DNA of 64,000 bases from Candidatus Poribacteria bacterium (GCA_965215015.1 OZ244042.1:2137557-2201556), one strand, 5' to 3'; shown: positions 29,758-40,066, counted from the first letter of the stretch. Numbers and translations are program-made. Notes: generated from the letters alone by a model not told the origin.

Positions 29758-31224
29758 ATGATATCTGTCGCTTCCGCAATGCTTACACTATCAAGAGACT
29801 CAGTTACACAAGTGGTTTCACCGATTGACATCGGCGATCGGTTGGAACTGTTCGTTGACGATTATCTGATTGATGAAATGTCCGGCTCAACGCAAAGATT
29901 ACACCATCCGCAACCACAAGACGTTGCCTGTGTTCATGATAACCCATGGGAGGGTAGCACCTGCGGCTATAAAACTGTGTTTCAAGACGGTAATCTTTAC
30001 CGGATGTATTACCGGGGGAGTCACGTCATTTATACAACCGAAGGCTTTGACGATCCTCACCCGCAGGTAGTCTGCTACGCCGAAAGCCACGATGGAATAC
30101 ACTGGACCAAGCCGGAGCTCGGCTTGATCGCGTTCGATGGTGGGAAGCAGAACAACATCATCTGGGAAGGAGTTGGATCACACAACTTCGCACCTTTTAA
30201 GGACGAGAATCCCGATTGCAAGCCGGACGAAAAGTACAAGGCACTCGGCTCAGGTGAGGGTGGTTTATATGCTTTCAAGTCTGCCGATGGCATCCACTGG
30301 GCACTCATGAACGATGAACCAGTCATTACCAAAGGGGCGTTTGACTCACAGAACCTCGCCTTTTGGGATAGGGTGCGCGGCGAATACCGTGAATACCATC
30401 GCGATTTTCGTCAGGGACGCGATATCCGCACAGGGACATCAAAAAATTTTCTCAATTGGTCTGAGCCTGAATGGCTGGACTATTCGCCCAGCCGGGTCAG
30501 CGAACTCTACACGAATCAGATTATTCCATACTACCGTGCCCCGCACATCTTCCTCGGCTTTCCAACCCGATACACCGATCGGGGATGGGCAGAATCGACG
30601 AAAGCTTTGCCGCAACTTGAGTATCGCCGCCTCCGAGGCTATGTGTCCCAGCGCGAGGGAACAGCGGTGACGGATGGAATGTTCATGAGCAGTCGGGATG
30701 GACACCATTTCAACATTTGGCCCGAATCGTTTATCCGTCCCGGACTGCGGTTGAGGGGTAACTGGTTCTACGGCGACAACTATCAAAATTGGGGATTGGT
30801 GGAGACAAAGTCGCACATTGAGGGCGCGCCCGATGAGATTTCCATCTATGCCAGCGAAGATTCGCATCAGGGTCCCGATTGTCGCTGGCGGCGTTACACG
30901 CTCCGAATTGATGGATTTGTCTCAATGCAGGCACCGTTAAGCGGTGGGGAATTTGTAACAAAGCCTCTAATCTTCAAAGGGGACCATCTCGCCATTAACT
31001 TCTCAACCTCTGGGGTGGGCAGTATTCAGGCCGAAGTTCAGGATGCGTCTGGCGACGCCATCCCCGGCTTCAGATTGGACGATTGTCCAGAGGTTTTTGG
31101 TGATGACCTCGAACGGATAGTAACGTGGAAGAATGGGGCGGAAGTCAGTCGGCTTTCAGGGCAGCCCCTCCGGCTGCGATTTCTGTTAAAGGACGCAGAC
31201 CTCTATTCGATTCGGTTCAGTTAA
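29758..31224 (+). CDS. Putative beta-propeller glycoside hydrolase (GH43/GH32-clan-like)
   Basis: The start is set at ATG 29758, 9 nt after AAGGAGGG. Motifs such as VHDNPWEG...YRMYY and repeated Y/W-rich blade segments are present. The family is uncertain. Confidence 0.45.
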   Translation: MISVASAMLTLSRDSVTQVVSPIDIGDRLELFVDDYLIDEMSGSTQRLHHPQPQDVACVHDNPWEGSTCGYKTVFQDGNLYRMYYRGSHVIYTTEGFDDPHPQVVCYAESHDGIHWTKPELGLIAFDGGKQNNIIWEGVGSHNFAPFKDENPDCKPDEKYKALGSGEGGLYAFKSADGIHWALMNDEPVITKGAFDSQNLAFWDRVRGEYREYHRDFRQGRDIRTGTSKNFLNWSEPEWLDYSPSRVSELYTNQIIPYYRAPHIFLGFPTRYTDRGWAESTKALPQLEYRRLRGYVSQREGTAVTDGMFMSSRDGHHFNIWPESFIRPGLRLRGNWFYGDNYQNWGLVETKSHIEGAPDEISIYASEDSHQGPDCRWRRYTLRIDGFVSMQAPLSGGEFVTKPLIFKGDHLAINFSTSGVGSIQAEVQDASGDAIPGFRLDDCPEVFGDDLERIVTWKNGAEVSRLSGQPLRLRFLLKDADLYSIRFS

Positions 31225-31246
31225 TCCATCGAATTTTACAGTAGAT

Positions 31247-31409
31247 AGGAACTTACGCGGTTCAACCCTCAAAGCCGTGTCGAGCGGCGATAAATCGCCG
31301 AACGACACCTTTGCCAACGCCCGATGAATCGGGCAACTACAGCAAGAGCGCCATTAAGGAATCCGTAGTGAACACCGATTGTTGTTCACTGCGGAAGTGC
31401 GTAACTCCT
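31247..31409. repeat. MITE-like repeat copy (ggaacttacgc...gtgcgtaactcc)
   Basis: It contains the gcgataaatcgccg and cccgatgaatcgggc palindromes. The copy at 33646-33759 is its partial reverse complement. Confidence 0.5.
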
Positions 31410-31507
31410 TAAGTAGATATAAAATAGAGGAACCAAGTTTTTGACAAAAACTCGGTTTCTACGCTTGTGCTTGCCGACGTAGCAGACTCGGATTAAATTA
31501 CGTTGAG

Positions 31508-32530
31508 TTATGGGATAGGTGCGTCTTCACGCAGCAGCCCTTCAGCCTTTAGCTCGCTCCAAAGATTTGCAGGGATGGGATGTTTAAATATTTCGACATT
31601 CGATTGAACGTGCTCTGGCATGAGAGCCCCCGGAATGGCTGCGGCGACGATTGGATGTGCTAGTGGGAACTGTAGTGCTGCTGCCCGCAGCGGCACGTTA
31701 TGCCGATCGCAGACAGCTTGGATGCGCCGCGTTTTTTCCAATACTTCAGGAGGTGCCGGGGCGTAGGCGTAATACGCATTCTCCGTCGCACCTGTCGCTA
31801 GAATGCCGGAGGCAAACACTGCGCCAATCACCACGCCGATACCGCGTTCCTCGCACTGTGGAAATTCAGCGTCCAAGACATCCTGATCTAATAGCGTATA
31901 TGGCATCGCAACGATAAAGAAATCAAGGTCTACCATTTCCAAAAAGCGTGGGATAGTGCCCATCTGATTCACACCAGCTCCCACCCCTTTGATTTGCCCG
32001 GTGGAACGCAGTTCCTCAAGCGCGCGCCAACCGCTAGTACCGAGCTGCACCATGTGAGCGTTGATTCGCGTATCGTTCACGTGAAATAGGTGGTCGAGAT
32101 CGTGGATGAGCAGGAGATCGACGGAATTCAGACTGAGCCGCTGAAGGCTGTCTTCGTAGGAACGCATAATCCCGTCGTAGCTATAGTCAAAATAGAGATC
32201 GAAAGGCAATCCCCCAGCCCACATCCCTTTGTCGAAATGATCGAGGTCACGCGTTGCCCGCAGCACACGCCCGATTTTCGTAGAAAGCACAAAATCCTTA
32301 CGTGGTTGCTGGCGGAGAAAATGTCCGAAACGATGTTCGCTTTTCCCGTAACCGTAGAACGGTGCTGTATCAAAGTAGCGCAAGCCGGCCTTCCATGCTG
32401 CTTGCAGTGTGGTCTGTGCTTGCGTTTCGCTGAGAATCTCAAAGAGATCTCCTAGCGGTGCCCCGCCGAAACCTAATTGGGTTAAAGGGACCCCTGTACT
32501 TCCTAAGTGGTTTGTTGTTATGTTACCCAT
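31508..32530 (-). CDS. Aldo/keto reductase
   Basis: GFGGAPLG, the LRYFDTAPFYG region, and the K/H catalytic-tetrad context are present. Confidence 0.8.
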   Translation of the reverse strand: MGNITTNHLGSTGVPLTQLGFGGAPLGDLFEILSETQAQTTLQAAWKAGLRYFDTAPFYGYGKSEHRFGHFLRQQPRKDFVLSTKIGRVLRATRDLDHFDKGMWAGGLPFDLYFDYSYDGIMRSYEDSLQRLSLNSVDLLLIHDLDHLFHVNDTRINAHMVQLGTSGWRALEELRSTGQIKGVGAGVNQMGTIPRFLEMVDLDFFIVAMPYTLLDQDVLDAEFPQCEERGIGVVIGAVFASGILATGATENAYYAYAPAPPEVLEKTRRIQAVCDRHNVPLRAAALQFPLAHPIVAAAIPGALMPEHVQSNVEIFKHPIPANLWSELKAEGLLREDAPIP

Positions 32531-32670
32531 TTACATCCCTCCAAGCTAAGTTGGTATTTGTTATTAGTAAGATGATCCCCAATTCGTATCTTAGATACCA
32601 ATGATTTTCTCACAACCCTCGCCAGATTTCAAGCATTTTTTAAGTCAAGCGATTCCTCGCGAGGATAAAA

Positions 32671-33393
32671 TTAAAGATTCGCGTCAAATCGATAAGTTGG
32701 TTCCCAACCTAGCAGCCTTTCTGTCCGTGCCACATCCCCTTTTTTATAACCCCCTGGTGTAGCGAATATGTAAAAACATTCGTAGCCGATATTCGGTGCC
32801 TCTAGGGCACATTGCAGCGCGAACGCAACATCTCGTCTATCAATCGTGCCAAAATAGTAGCCGTTTACAGGATGACCGTCAGTCGTAATCATTTTATCTG
32901 AATCAATAATACCCCATGGACGGATACAGGCGATGGAAAGGCCATATTGTTCATGATAATTTCGGGCGAGTTCTTCTTGCAGCAGCTTGGAAAGATCGTA
33001 AGAGCTGGAGGCTTTCAGAGGATATAGATCGTGGGTGAGGAAAGTATCCTCCGGATAGCCACCATGGACCGCTCCACTGGATGTATGGACGAATCGCTGG
33101 ATCTCACAGACACGGGCGGCTTCAAGAAGGTTGAATATACCCCGTACATTAATATCAAAGCCTGGACCCTCCATGTCGTAACTACCATTGGGGGCCATAA
33201 TCGTGTTCACGACCGCGTCATGACCAGCCATTACAGCTTCAAGCGTCGTATAGTCAAGTACATCCCCTTGAACGATATTGTCGTAACCGTCCACCGGACG
33301 AATGTCAAAGGCAGTCACTTCATGGTCCTGGCTCAAAATATTGACCGCAGCGCATCCCACAAAGCCGGCTGCGCCTGTCAGCAGTATTTTCAT
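32671..33393 (-). CDS. NAD-dependent epimerase/dehydratase family protein
   Basis: MKILLTGAAGFVG is a Rossmann motif. The start was moved to M14, which has a GAGGAAAT box 8 nt upstream. Confidence 0.7.
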   Translation of the reverse strand: MKILLTGAAGFVGCAAVNILSQDHEVTAFDIRPVDGYDNIVQGDVLDYTTLEAVMAGHDAVVNTIMAPNGSYDMEGPGFDINVRGIFNLLEAARVCEIQRFVHTSSGAVHGGYPEDTFLTHDLYPLKASSSYDLSKLLQEELARNYHEQYGLSIACIRPWGIIDSDKMITTDGHPVNGYYFGTIDRRDVAFALQCALEAPNIGYECFYIFATPGGYKKGDVARTERLLGWEPTYRFDANL

Positions 33394-33645
33394 AATTGTA
33401 ATTTCCTCAATTTTATATGCTAGATTACTCACGCAAAGGTTAGGGACTGTTCACATGCTGCATGTTTCAAGTTTGTCTAACACATTATTGGTTATAACCT
33501 CTTAGCTTGTCAAGAGATTCACCGACGAGGTTGTTAGGAGGCATAATTTTTCCGTTGACGCGATGCCCAAGCATCTGTATTATAGAGACCCTTGAGGTGA
33601 AAACCTCACAGAGGAACGCAATGTAAAAAGAAATAGGAGTTACGC

Positions 33646-33759
33646 ACTTCAGTATGGATTCTCTGCTGTAGTTGCCCGATTCATCGGGCGTTGTCAATGG
33701 TGTCGTTCAGCGATTTATCGCCGCTTGACACGGCTTTGAGGGTTGAACCGCGTAAGTCC
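33646..33759. repeat. MITE-like repeat copy in reverse orientation
   Basis: ggagttacgca...cgcgtaagtcc. Internally it is the reverse complement of the 31247-31409 copy. Confidence 0.5.
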
Positions 33760-33891
33760 TAAAGAAAGGGCAACGTACGAAGAGAAACCGTAGGGGCGCG
33801 GCCACCCCGACCACACTTGTCAAAAACCCGAATTCTATGGCACGATTTCTTAACATGGGCGCAAAATAAAACCAAAGGAAGCCAAGCAATA

Positions 33892-34698
33892 ATGGAAAAC
33901 AGCGGAACGCGATTAGCAGGCAAAGTTGCTATTGTCACCGGAGCAGGGAGCCGTACCCCGGTGGAGGGCGTTGGACGAGCGACATCAATTCTTTTTACTA
34001 GGCAAGGTGCTAAGGTCTTGCTGGTGGACCGGAATCTCTCAAATGCGGAGAAAACCCTTGCTGTGGTTGAGAAAGAAGGCGGGGAGGCGTCAATTTGCGT
34101 TGCTGACGTTTCCCAAAACGACGACTGCCAAGCGATGGTTGAAGCGGCCGTTGAGCGATACGGTGAGTTGCATATCCTATTTAATAGTGCCGCTATCGGC
34201 GGGGCAGGAACCGTTGTTGATGTAGATCCAGAGGTCTGGGATGATGTAATGGCGGTTAATCTCAAGGGTATGATGCTAGCATCTAAGCACGCTATTCCCA
34301 AGATGATTGAAGCAGGTGGGGGCTCAATTATCAATATCGCTTCAATTGATGGACTGCGAGCGAATATTTGGCGCAACATCCCCTACGCTGTATCGAAAGG
34401 CGGTGCGGTTTCCTTGACGCGCAATATGGCGGTACATCATGGACGAGATAACATTCGGGTCAACTGCATCGCGCCGGGGCACATTTACGCCCCAATGACG
34501 ACCGGCATTTCCGATGAGCTGCGCGATCTCCGCCGTCGATCGGGTCCTTTGGGGACAGAAGGTACTGCTTGGGATATTGCGTGGGCAGGACTATTCCTCG
34601 CTAGCGATGAATCCCGTTGGATTTCCGGAGTGCTGCTTCCCATTGATGCTGGGCTGCTTGCAACAACGCCGCTGGCGATGTTGTCCCATTTACAGTGA
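33892..34698 (+). CDS. SDR-family oxidoreductase
   Basis: LAGKVAIVTGAGSR (TGxxxGxG), NSAA and the YxxxK context are present. The start is set at MENSGTR. Confidence 0.8.
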   Translation: MENSGTRLAGKVAIVTGAGSRTPVEGVGRATSILFTRQGAKVLLVDRNLSNAEKTLAVVEKEGGEASICVADVSQNDDCQAMVEAAVERYGELHILFNSAAIGGAGTVVDVDPEVWDDVMAVNLKGMMLASKHAIPKMIEAGGGSIINIASIDGLRANIWRNIPYAVSKGGAVSLTRNMAVHHGRDNIRVNCIAPGHIYAPMTTGISDELRDLRRRSGPLGTEGTAWDIAWAGLFLASDESRWISGVLLPIDAGLLATTPLAMLSHLQ

Positions 34699-34818
34699 TG
34701 GCCCCCCCCTTAGTCAGAAGAAGACACGCAGGGGTGATATAGAATCAGTCGGAACCGCTGAGGGCTTCATCAATGCCTACCTGGTAGAATTCTCCTGCAA
34801 GCGAAAGATGTTAGCAAT

Positions 34819-35619
34819 ATGCAAGGAACCAATCAGCTTTTTGATCATCCCAAACCGATCATCGGCGTGATTCATCTGCCCCCGCTAATCGGCAGTCCCC
34901 AATCGAGGCAGCTTTTCCGCGAAATTCGTGCCCGTGCACTTTCAGATGCAAGAACGTTAATTGATAATGGAATTGATGGGGTTATCATTGAGAATTATGG
35001 AGATGCACCCTTCTATCCGGATAGTGTTGAACCTCATACCGTTGCGGCACTAACACTTGTTGCGAACGAAATCCGGGAACGTCATTCGCAGACACCGATC
35101 GGGCTCAACGTCCTGCGCAACGACGCGAAATCGGCGATCGCAATCGCGACGGTTACGGACGCAAATTTTATCCGTGTGAACGTGCACACCGGCGCGATGC
35201 TCACCGACCAAGGTATTATCCAAGGAAGGGCGCACGAAACCTTACGCTACCGATCCACCCTCAAAAGCAAGGTTAAAATTTTCGCCGATATTGCCGTGAA
35301 ACATGCCGTGCCACTTGCATCAACCGATATCCTCACCAGTGCGGAGGATACGTATCATCGCGGACTCGCGGACGCACTGATCGTTACGGGAACGGCAACT
35401 GGCAAAAGGGCAGATCTCGGTCAATTAAAAACTGTGAAATCAAGAGTCCCGCAAGCCAGCGTTTTCGCTGGCAGCGGGGTGACAATTAATAACCTCACCG
35501 AGGTGTTGCAGCATGCGGACGGCGTTATTGTCGGCACCTCAATCAAACACAAGGGTGTGACTACAAACGAAGTTGATCCCGACCGCGTACGCGCACTGAT
35601 CAAAGCACGTGAAGAATAG
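34819..35619 (+). CDS. BtpA/SgcQ-family TIM-barrel protein
   Basis: KPIIGVIHLPPLIGSPQ and the overall length match the BtpA family. Confidence 0.65.
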   Translation: MQGTNQLFDHPKPIIGVIHLPPLIGSPQSRQLFREIRARALSDARTLIDNGIDGVIIENYGDAPFYPDSVEPHTVAALTLVANEIRERHSQTPIGLNVLRNDAKSAIAIATVTDANFIRVNVHTGAMLTDQGIIQGRAHETLRYRSTLKSKVKIFADIAVKHAVPLASTDILTSAEDTYHRGLADALIVTGTATGKRADLGQLKTVKSRVPQASVFAGSGVTINNLTEVLQHADGVIVGTSIKHKGVTTNEVDPDRVRALIKAREE

Positions 35620-35669
35620 ATGTTTCCAGAGATCTGAGACCTACATCACGGCGGATACGGACTGTTGAA

Positions 35670-36572
35670 TCACGCTGCCAATGCCTTCATGAGATCGGCG
35701 TGGGCAAGATGCCAATCCTCGATATGGTTGAGGAGCACCGCAGAAGTCAATGTGCTGTCATCTTCGCGTCCGACGGTCGCGTGAATCTCTATCCGTTTCG
35801 CGTCTCTATGGGTACGGTTGCGGATAAAGGTGTTCCATTCATCGGCTTTTTCCCGATCAATTTCACCGCCATTCTGTTCTAACACCCATGCTTCAAACTG
35901 AGTGTAGCTCGGGAGGTTTTCACGGATGTAGGCAACAGCATTAGTGGGTGCGATTTGGAGCACGCGTAAGACTCGCGGATCCAAGCCGTTTTCTGTCATG
36001 TCCGGATAGTCGGGATGGAGGCGACCTTTCGCTTTCAACCAAACTTTGAGCCACGTCCGAGGTAACTGGCAGACCTCCAAAGTGCCGTAATCGATATTCG
36101 CAATCAGCGGTACAACGCGCCCTGTGAGTGCCGCGAAATCATCGTCCAAGTGACGGTCATAGAAGAGCTGCCAATCCTGTAGGTTGTTCAGGATTACAGC
36201 GGACGTGATGCCGGCACCATCAGGAAGCCCGATGTCATTATACGTCTCTTCAATTTTCGCCGGGCGGTGATCACGGGAACGGACTCGTTCGTTCCAATCC
36301 GCCACTGCCTGTTGGTCAATCTTCCCACCCTTTTGCTGGAGAATCCATGCCTCAAATTCGAGATAGTTCGGCATATTATCTCGCAGGTAGGAGAGTGTCG
36401 TTTCTTTGTCTAAATCCAAAACTTCGAGGATTGATGTGTCAAGCCCACCGCTGCAGTCTGGATATTCCGCATCGAGCAGTCCGGCCTTTCTAAGGGTGAC
36501 TTTCCACCAGAACCGTGGGAGTTGGCAGGCTCCTAAGGGACCATAGCCGATGTTACTGATAAGGGGAACCAT
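35670..36572 (-). CDS. Hypothetical protein with two tandem internal repeats of about 150 aa
   Basis: The two halves align: IGYGPLGACQLPRFWWKVTLRKAGLL..EYPD... with IDYGTLEVCQLPRTWLKVWLKAKGRLHPDYPD... Confidence 0.5.
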   Translation of the reverse strand: MVPLISNIGYGPLGACQLPRFWWKVTLRKAGLLDAEYPDCSGGLDTSILEVLDLDKETTLSYLRDNMPNYLEFEAWILQQKGGKIDQQAVADWNERVRSRDHRPAKIEETYNDIGLPDGAGITSAVILNNLQDWQLFYDRHLDDDFAALTGRVVPLIANIDYGTLEVCQLPRTWLKVWLKAKGRLHPDYPDMTENGLDPRVLRVLQIAPTNAVAYIRENLPSYTQFEAWVLEQNGGEIDREKADEWNTFIRNRTHRDAKRIEIHATVGREDDSTLTSAVLLNHIEDWHLAHADLMKALAA

Positions 36573-36786
36573 ATTATGCTCCTTGTCTTAATTTGATGTT
36601 TGTAAATTCGATCTCAACTCATCTCACTCCAAAGGTTGTTTGGTTCACTGTATCATAATTTTACTGACTGGATCAACCCCAGATTGAGTTTTCATTTAAC
36701 CTTGACAATGCAGCACGTTTAGCATATGCTATATCAACCGGATTTTAAATAAATTTCTACAGTGTTCAATTCTGAGGAGAACAGAG

Positions 36787-37311
36787 ATGGCAGAAAGAAC
36801 TTCAGCGAGCACCGAGCAGCACCGGGAAATGGCTGCGGAACACGGGCCTGTGCTCGTAGCAATCGTTACCGTCAGTGATACACGCACACCGGAAACCGAT
36901 AAGAACGCGGCTTACCTCCGCGAACAATTAGCGGCAGGCGGAAATGAAGTCGTGGGATATCGCATCATCAAAGATGAACCGGATCAGGTCAAAGCTGTGC
37001 TGGACGACTTTGCAGCAGGGGACGCGCGCATGATTCTTTTCAACGGCGGTACAGGTATTGCCCCGCGCGATACAACCTTTGACGTATTGAATCAAGCCCT
37101 AGAGAAAACCCTACCCGGTTTTGGCGAGCTCTTCCGAATGTTTAGCTATGACCAAGTCGGAGCAGCGGCGATGCTATCACGTGCTACCGCCGGTGTATAT
37201 CGAGGGAAGGTGGTTATCTCTACACCCGGCTCAACGGCTGCAGTGCAGCTGGCGTGGGAAAAACTGATCGGACCAGAGCTGCAGCATCTGGCGTGGGAGG
37301 TCGGACGGTAG
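36787..37311 (+). CDS. moaB: Molybdenum cofactor biosynthesis protein MoaB/MogA family
   Basis: [10 protein letters not shown]...[13 protein letters not shown] are characteristic MogA/MoaB motifs. Confidence 0.75.
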   Translation: MAERTSASTEQHREMAAEHGPVLVAIVTVSDTRTPETDKNAAYLREQLAAGGNEVVGYRIIKDEPDQVKAVLDDFAAGDARMILFNGGTGIAPRDTTFDVLNQALEKTLPGFGELFRMFSYDQVGAAAMLSRATAGVYRGKVVISTPGSTAAVQLAWEKLIGPELQHLAWEVGR

Positions 37312-37338
37312 GAAAACAAAGATGTTTTATTAATTAGA

Positions 37339-37593
37339 TTACTTTTCCTTTGCCAACCTATGGCAGATATGGCAGTTGCCGACGTTGAGATGCGGCATGG
37401 TTGGCGATTGCTCGGTCCCACGAAGATGACACTTCAGACAAGCGGCTGGATCTGTGTAGATCCGGTGGTCTGGAATGTTGGAACGAGCAGGAGCTGCGTT
37501 GAAGAAAAGGATGATCATTACAATTGTAAAAATAATTCCGATGACGCTGACAATAATCAACAGCGTTCGCGCACTGGCTTCTTCCGTTGGCAC
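37339..37593 (-). CDS. Small membrane-anchored putative dihaem c-type cytochrome
   Basis: A TM helix is followed by two CxxCH motifs (CLKCH and CHICH) within 84 aa. Confidence 0.4.
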   Translation of the reverse strand: MPTEEASARTLLIIVSVIGIIFTIVMIILFFNAAPARSNIPDHRIYTDPAACLKCHLRGTEQSPTMPHLNVGNCHICHRLAKEK

Positions 37594-37637
37594 GTTTTAG
37601 TCCTTTTATCCTTTAGTCAAAATAGGAAAATCGAAAA

Positions 37638-38114
37638 TTGAAATGGAAAATTGAAGTTAGTTACAAACCCGAAACCCCAGATGCCATTGGACAAAGTATC
37701 CTTCAGGATATCACCGATCTCGGACTTGCCGGTGTAGAATCCGTCCACACCGTTCAAATCTACTGGATCGAGGGAGAAGTTAACTCACATGCGATCGAGC
37801 GAATCTGTGCGGAACTTCTCGCCGATCCGGTGGCGCAGAACTACGTTTATAGCCGTTCTGACAATCATACCCCAAGACAAAATGAGGGTTCCGTATGGAC
37901 CATTGAGGTGCGGTTGAAACCGGGTGTAACAGATGCCGTTGGCAATAGTGTTCTCAAGGGGCTGCGTGATATGGAAATTCCAGATGTCCAAACCGCACAA
38001 ACAGGACAAAAATATCAGATACACGGCTGCTTAGATCAAGCCAAACTTGAAATGATTGCACAGCAGCTGCTTGCGAACGACGTTATACAAATATTTGAGA
38101 TCTGGCAGGGTTAG
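37638..38114 (+). CDS. purS: Tandem-duplicated PurS (FGAM synthase PurS subunit-like) protein
   Basis: Two PurS-like halves are present. VEVRLKPGVTDAVGNSVLKGL matches the PurS KPGVxDPxG region. Confidence 0.55.
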   Translation: MKWKIEVSYKPETPDAIGQSILQDITDLGLAGVESVHTVQIYWIEGEVNSHAIERICAELLADPVAQNYVYSRSDNHTPRQNEGSVWTIEVRLKPGVTDAVGNSVLKGLRDMEIPDVQTAQTGQKYQIHGCLDQAKLEMIAQQLLANDVIQIFEIWQG

Positions 38115-38168
38115 TGTGCTGCCAGTCCGTAAGGACTTGCTTCCGAGTTCATCAAGGCACTGATGACA

Positions 38169-39593
38169 TCATTTCTTACCCACTAGCCTTTTGGTCTTCC
38201 ATGCTCCTCGTCTAAACCACAACCACATCAACATACCTTGTACAACGTTTGATAAGGCGATGCCAATCCAGACTCCCGTAATTCCCACTAAATAGGAAAG
38301 CGAGATTACTAGCATCAATCCAATACCGAGTTGACAGATGAATGTCATCACCATCGGGGAAACGGTATCCCCAGCACCGTTGAGGGCACGACCAAATACG
38401 ATAGAAATGGCAATAAACGCAAAGGTGGCTGATAGGTAACGGAGGTAAACACTCCCGATAGTGATAACTTCCGTTTGTCCGGTAAATATCCTAATGCAAA
38501 AATGGGGAAAAAGAAATAATAGGCTTCCAAGTGCAGCCATGAGCACCGTTGCCAATCCTCCGGCAAGATTGGCAGATTTTTCTGCCCTGTCAATCTGACC
38601 GGCTCCGATATTCTGGCCCGTCATTGGGGCGACAGCGTTTGCGAATCCGAAACCCAGGTGCATTACGAGGATGCGGAGACGCATACAGATGGCGTAGGCA
38701 GACACAGCGTTCGTTCCATAAATCGCTACAACTCGAATAAATCCCAACCGGGAGGCGTGTCTCAGAAATCCTTGCATCGAGCTAAAAATTCCAAGGCGCA
38801 GAATTTGCCCCATTGCTGACAGGTCAATGCGACGCTTAACATGCTTTAGTGAGATAGCGCTGCGCCCGATGAAGCAGAAGTAAAGAAAAATCACAACCCC
38901 AGCACTCCTGCCAATCACGCTTGCATACGCGGAGCCCGCGACTCCTAGACGCGGGAATTTCCAAATGCCAAATATGAGTAAAGGATCCAGAGCGATGTTT
39001 AGGACCGTTGAAACAATCATGATCACCATCGGTGTCATTGAATCCCCGCCCGCTCTGAAAAGGGAACCTAACGTCATCGACATGAACATCATGATACCAC
39101 CAAGCAGTGTGATACGCAAGTAAGGTACGCCCAATCGTACCACTTCTTCCTCTGCTCCGAGTAACCTTAAGCCAATTTCAGCCAGTGGAAAGCCTATACA
39201 CGCAATTGCAAGGGGGCATACAACGCTCAAAATGAGTGCCTGCATCGCGATATTCTCCCCTCGCTCTCTCTGTTGTGCACCGATTGACTGAGAGACCAAA
39301 ACGACCGTTCCCATGGAGATACCGAGTGAAAGCACACTAATCAACCGCTGAAGATTCGAGCTCATATCAACGGCGGCAATCGCTGCGGCTCCCAATTTCC
39401 CAACGAAGATCATATCAACTACACTGAAAGAATCCTGCAAAATATTGCTGAGAGCAATGGGCCAAGCGAGATGTACAAGGTTCTTGAAAATACTTCCTTG
39501 GGTCAAGTCATGCTTCGATTTCTTCATAGCTGGGGCTGTCTCTCCGGTGTGTTGATGCGCTTTCGACGACTCAAATCTCCCTTTGTTTAGCAA
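38169..39593 (-). CDS. MATE family efflux transporter
   Basis: 474 aa, 12 predicted TM segments, and typical MATE repeats. Confidence 0.8.
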   Translation of the reverse strand: MLNKGRFESSKAHQHTGETAPAMKKSKHDLTQGSIFKNLVHLAWPIALSNILQDSFSVVDMIFVGKLGAAAIAAVDMSSNLQRLISVLSLGISMGTVVLVSQSIGAQQRERGENIAMQALILSVVCPLAIACIGFPLAEIGLRLLGAEEEVVRLGVPYLRITLLGGIMMFMSMTLGSLFRAGGDSMTPMVIMIVSTVLNIALDPLLIFGIWKFPRLGVAGSAYASVIGRSAGVVIFLYFCFIGRSAISLKHVKRRIDLSAMGQILRLGIFSSMQGFLRHASRLGFIRVVAIYGTNAVSAYAICMRLRILVMHLGFGFANAVAPMTGQNIGAGQIDRAEKSANLAGGLATVLMAALGSLLFLFPHFCIRIFTGQTEVITIGSVYLRYLSATFAFIAISIVFGRALNGAGDTVSPMVMTFICQLGIGLMLVISLSYLVGITGVWIGIALSNVVQGMLMWLWFRRGAWKTKRLVGKK

Positions 39594-40022
39594 TTTTCAT
39601 CGAATACACGAAAATATCTTTCCTTCATTTTCTTAATTTCTGGGGCAATTCCACTCTCATAACTTAGATTGACAGATGCAAACTAAAACCGATACATTTG
39701 CCAATTCGTTAGAATTGTATCAATTGTTCTTGTTCTTATTGTGCCATATCTTCACAAAATTCGGCAAGAATTATCCGTTTGAAGCTCGATTGATAATTTT
39801 CAAAAAAAAACTAGGTTCTGTTGACATTCGATAAATTGAGCCGATCTCCGTGCTTATGAGCACCCCTCCTAGAACATTGCGCTATGGAATACCAGATACT
39901 GCTGAGCCACACGATTGGATCCATCCGCCCGGAACATTGCGTTATAGCGAAATTATATGAAAAAATCATTGAAAAACTATTGACAGATTATTAATAATCG
40001 TTTATGGTATTAACCCCTATCG

Positions 40023-40066
40023 CACATATTGTATGGGAAAAGAAATTATACACAATACATTGGTGT
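40023..40066 (+). promoter_or_regulatory. Candidate tandem NrdR boxes
   Basis: cacatattgtatg and acacaatacattggtgt resemble the NrdR-box consensus acaCwAtATaTwGtgt. They lie immediately upstream of the nrdR ATG. Confidence 0.3.

Noticed and set aside
37360-37641. The plus-strand 93-aa ORF overlapping the mini-cytochrome ORF
   Set aside because: It has no recognisable features. The minus-strand ORF has a TM helix and two CxxCH motifs, so it is preferred, though with low confidence.
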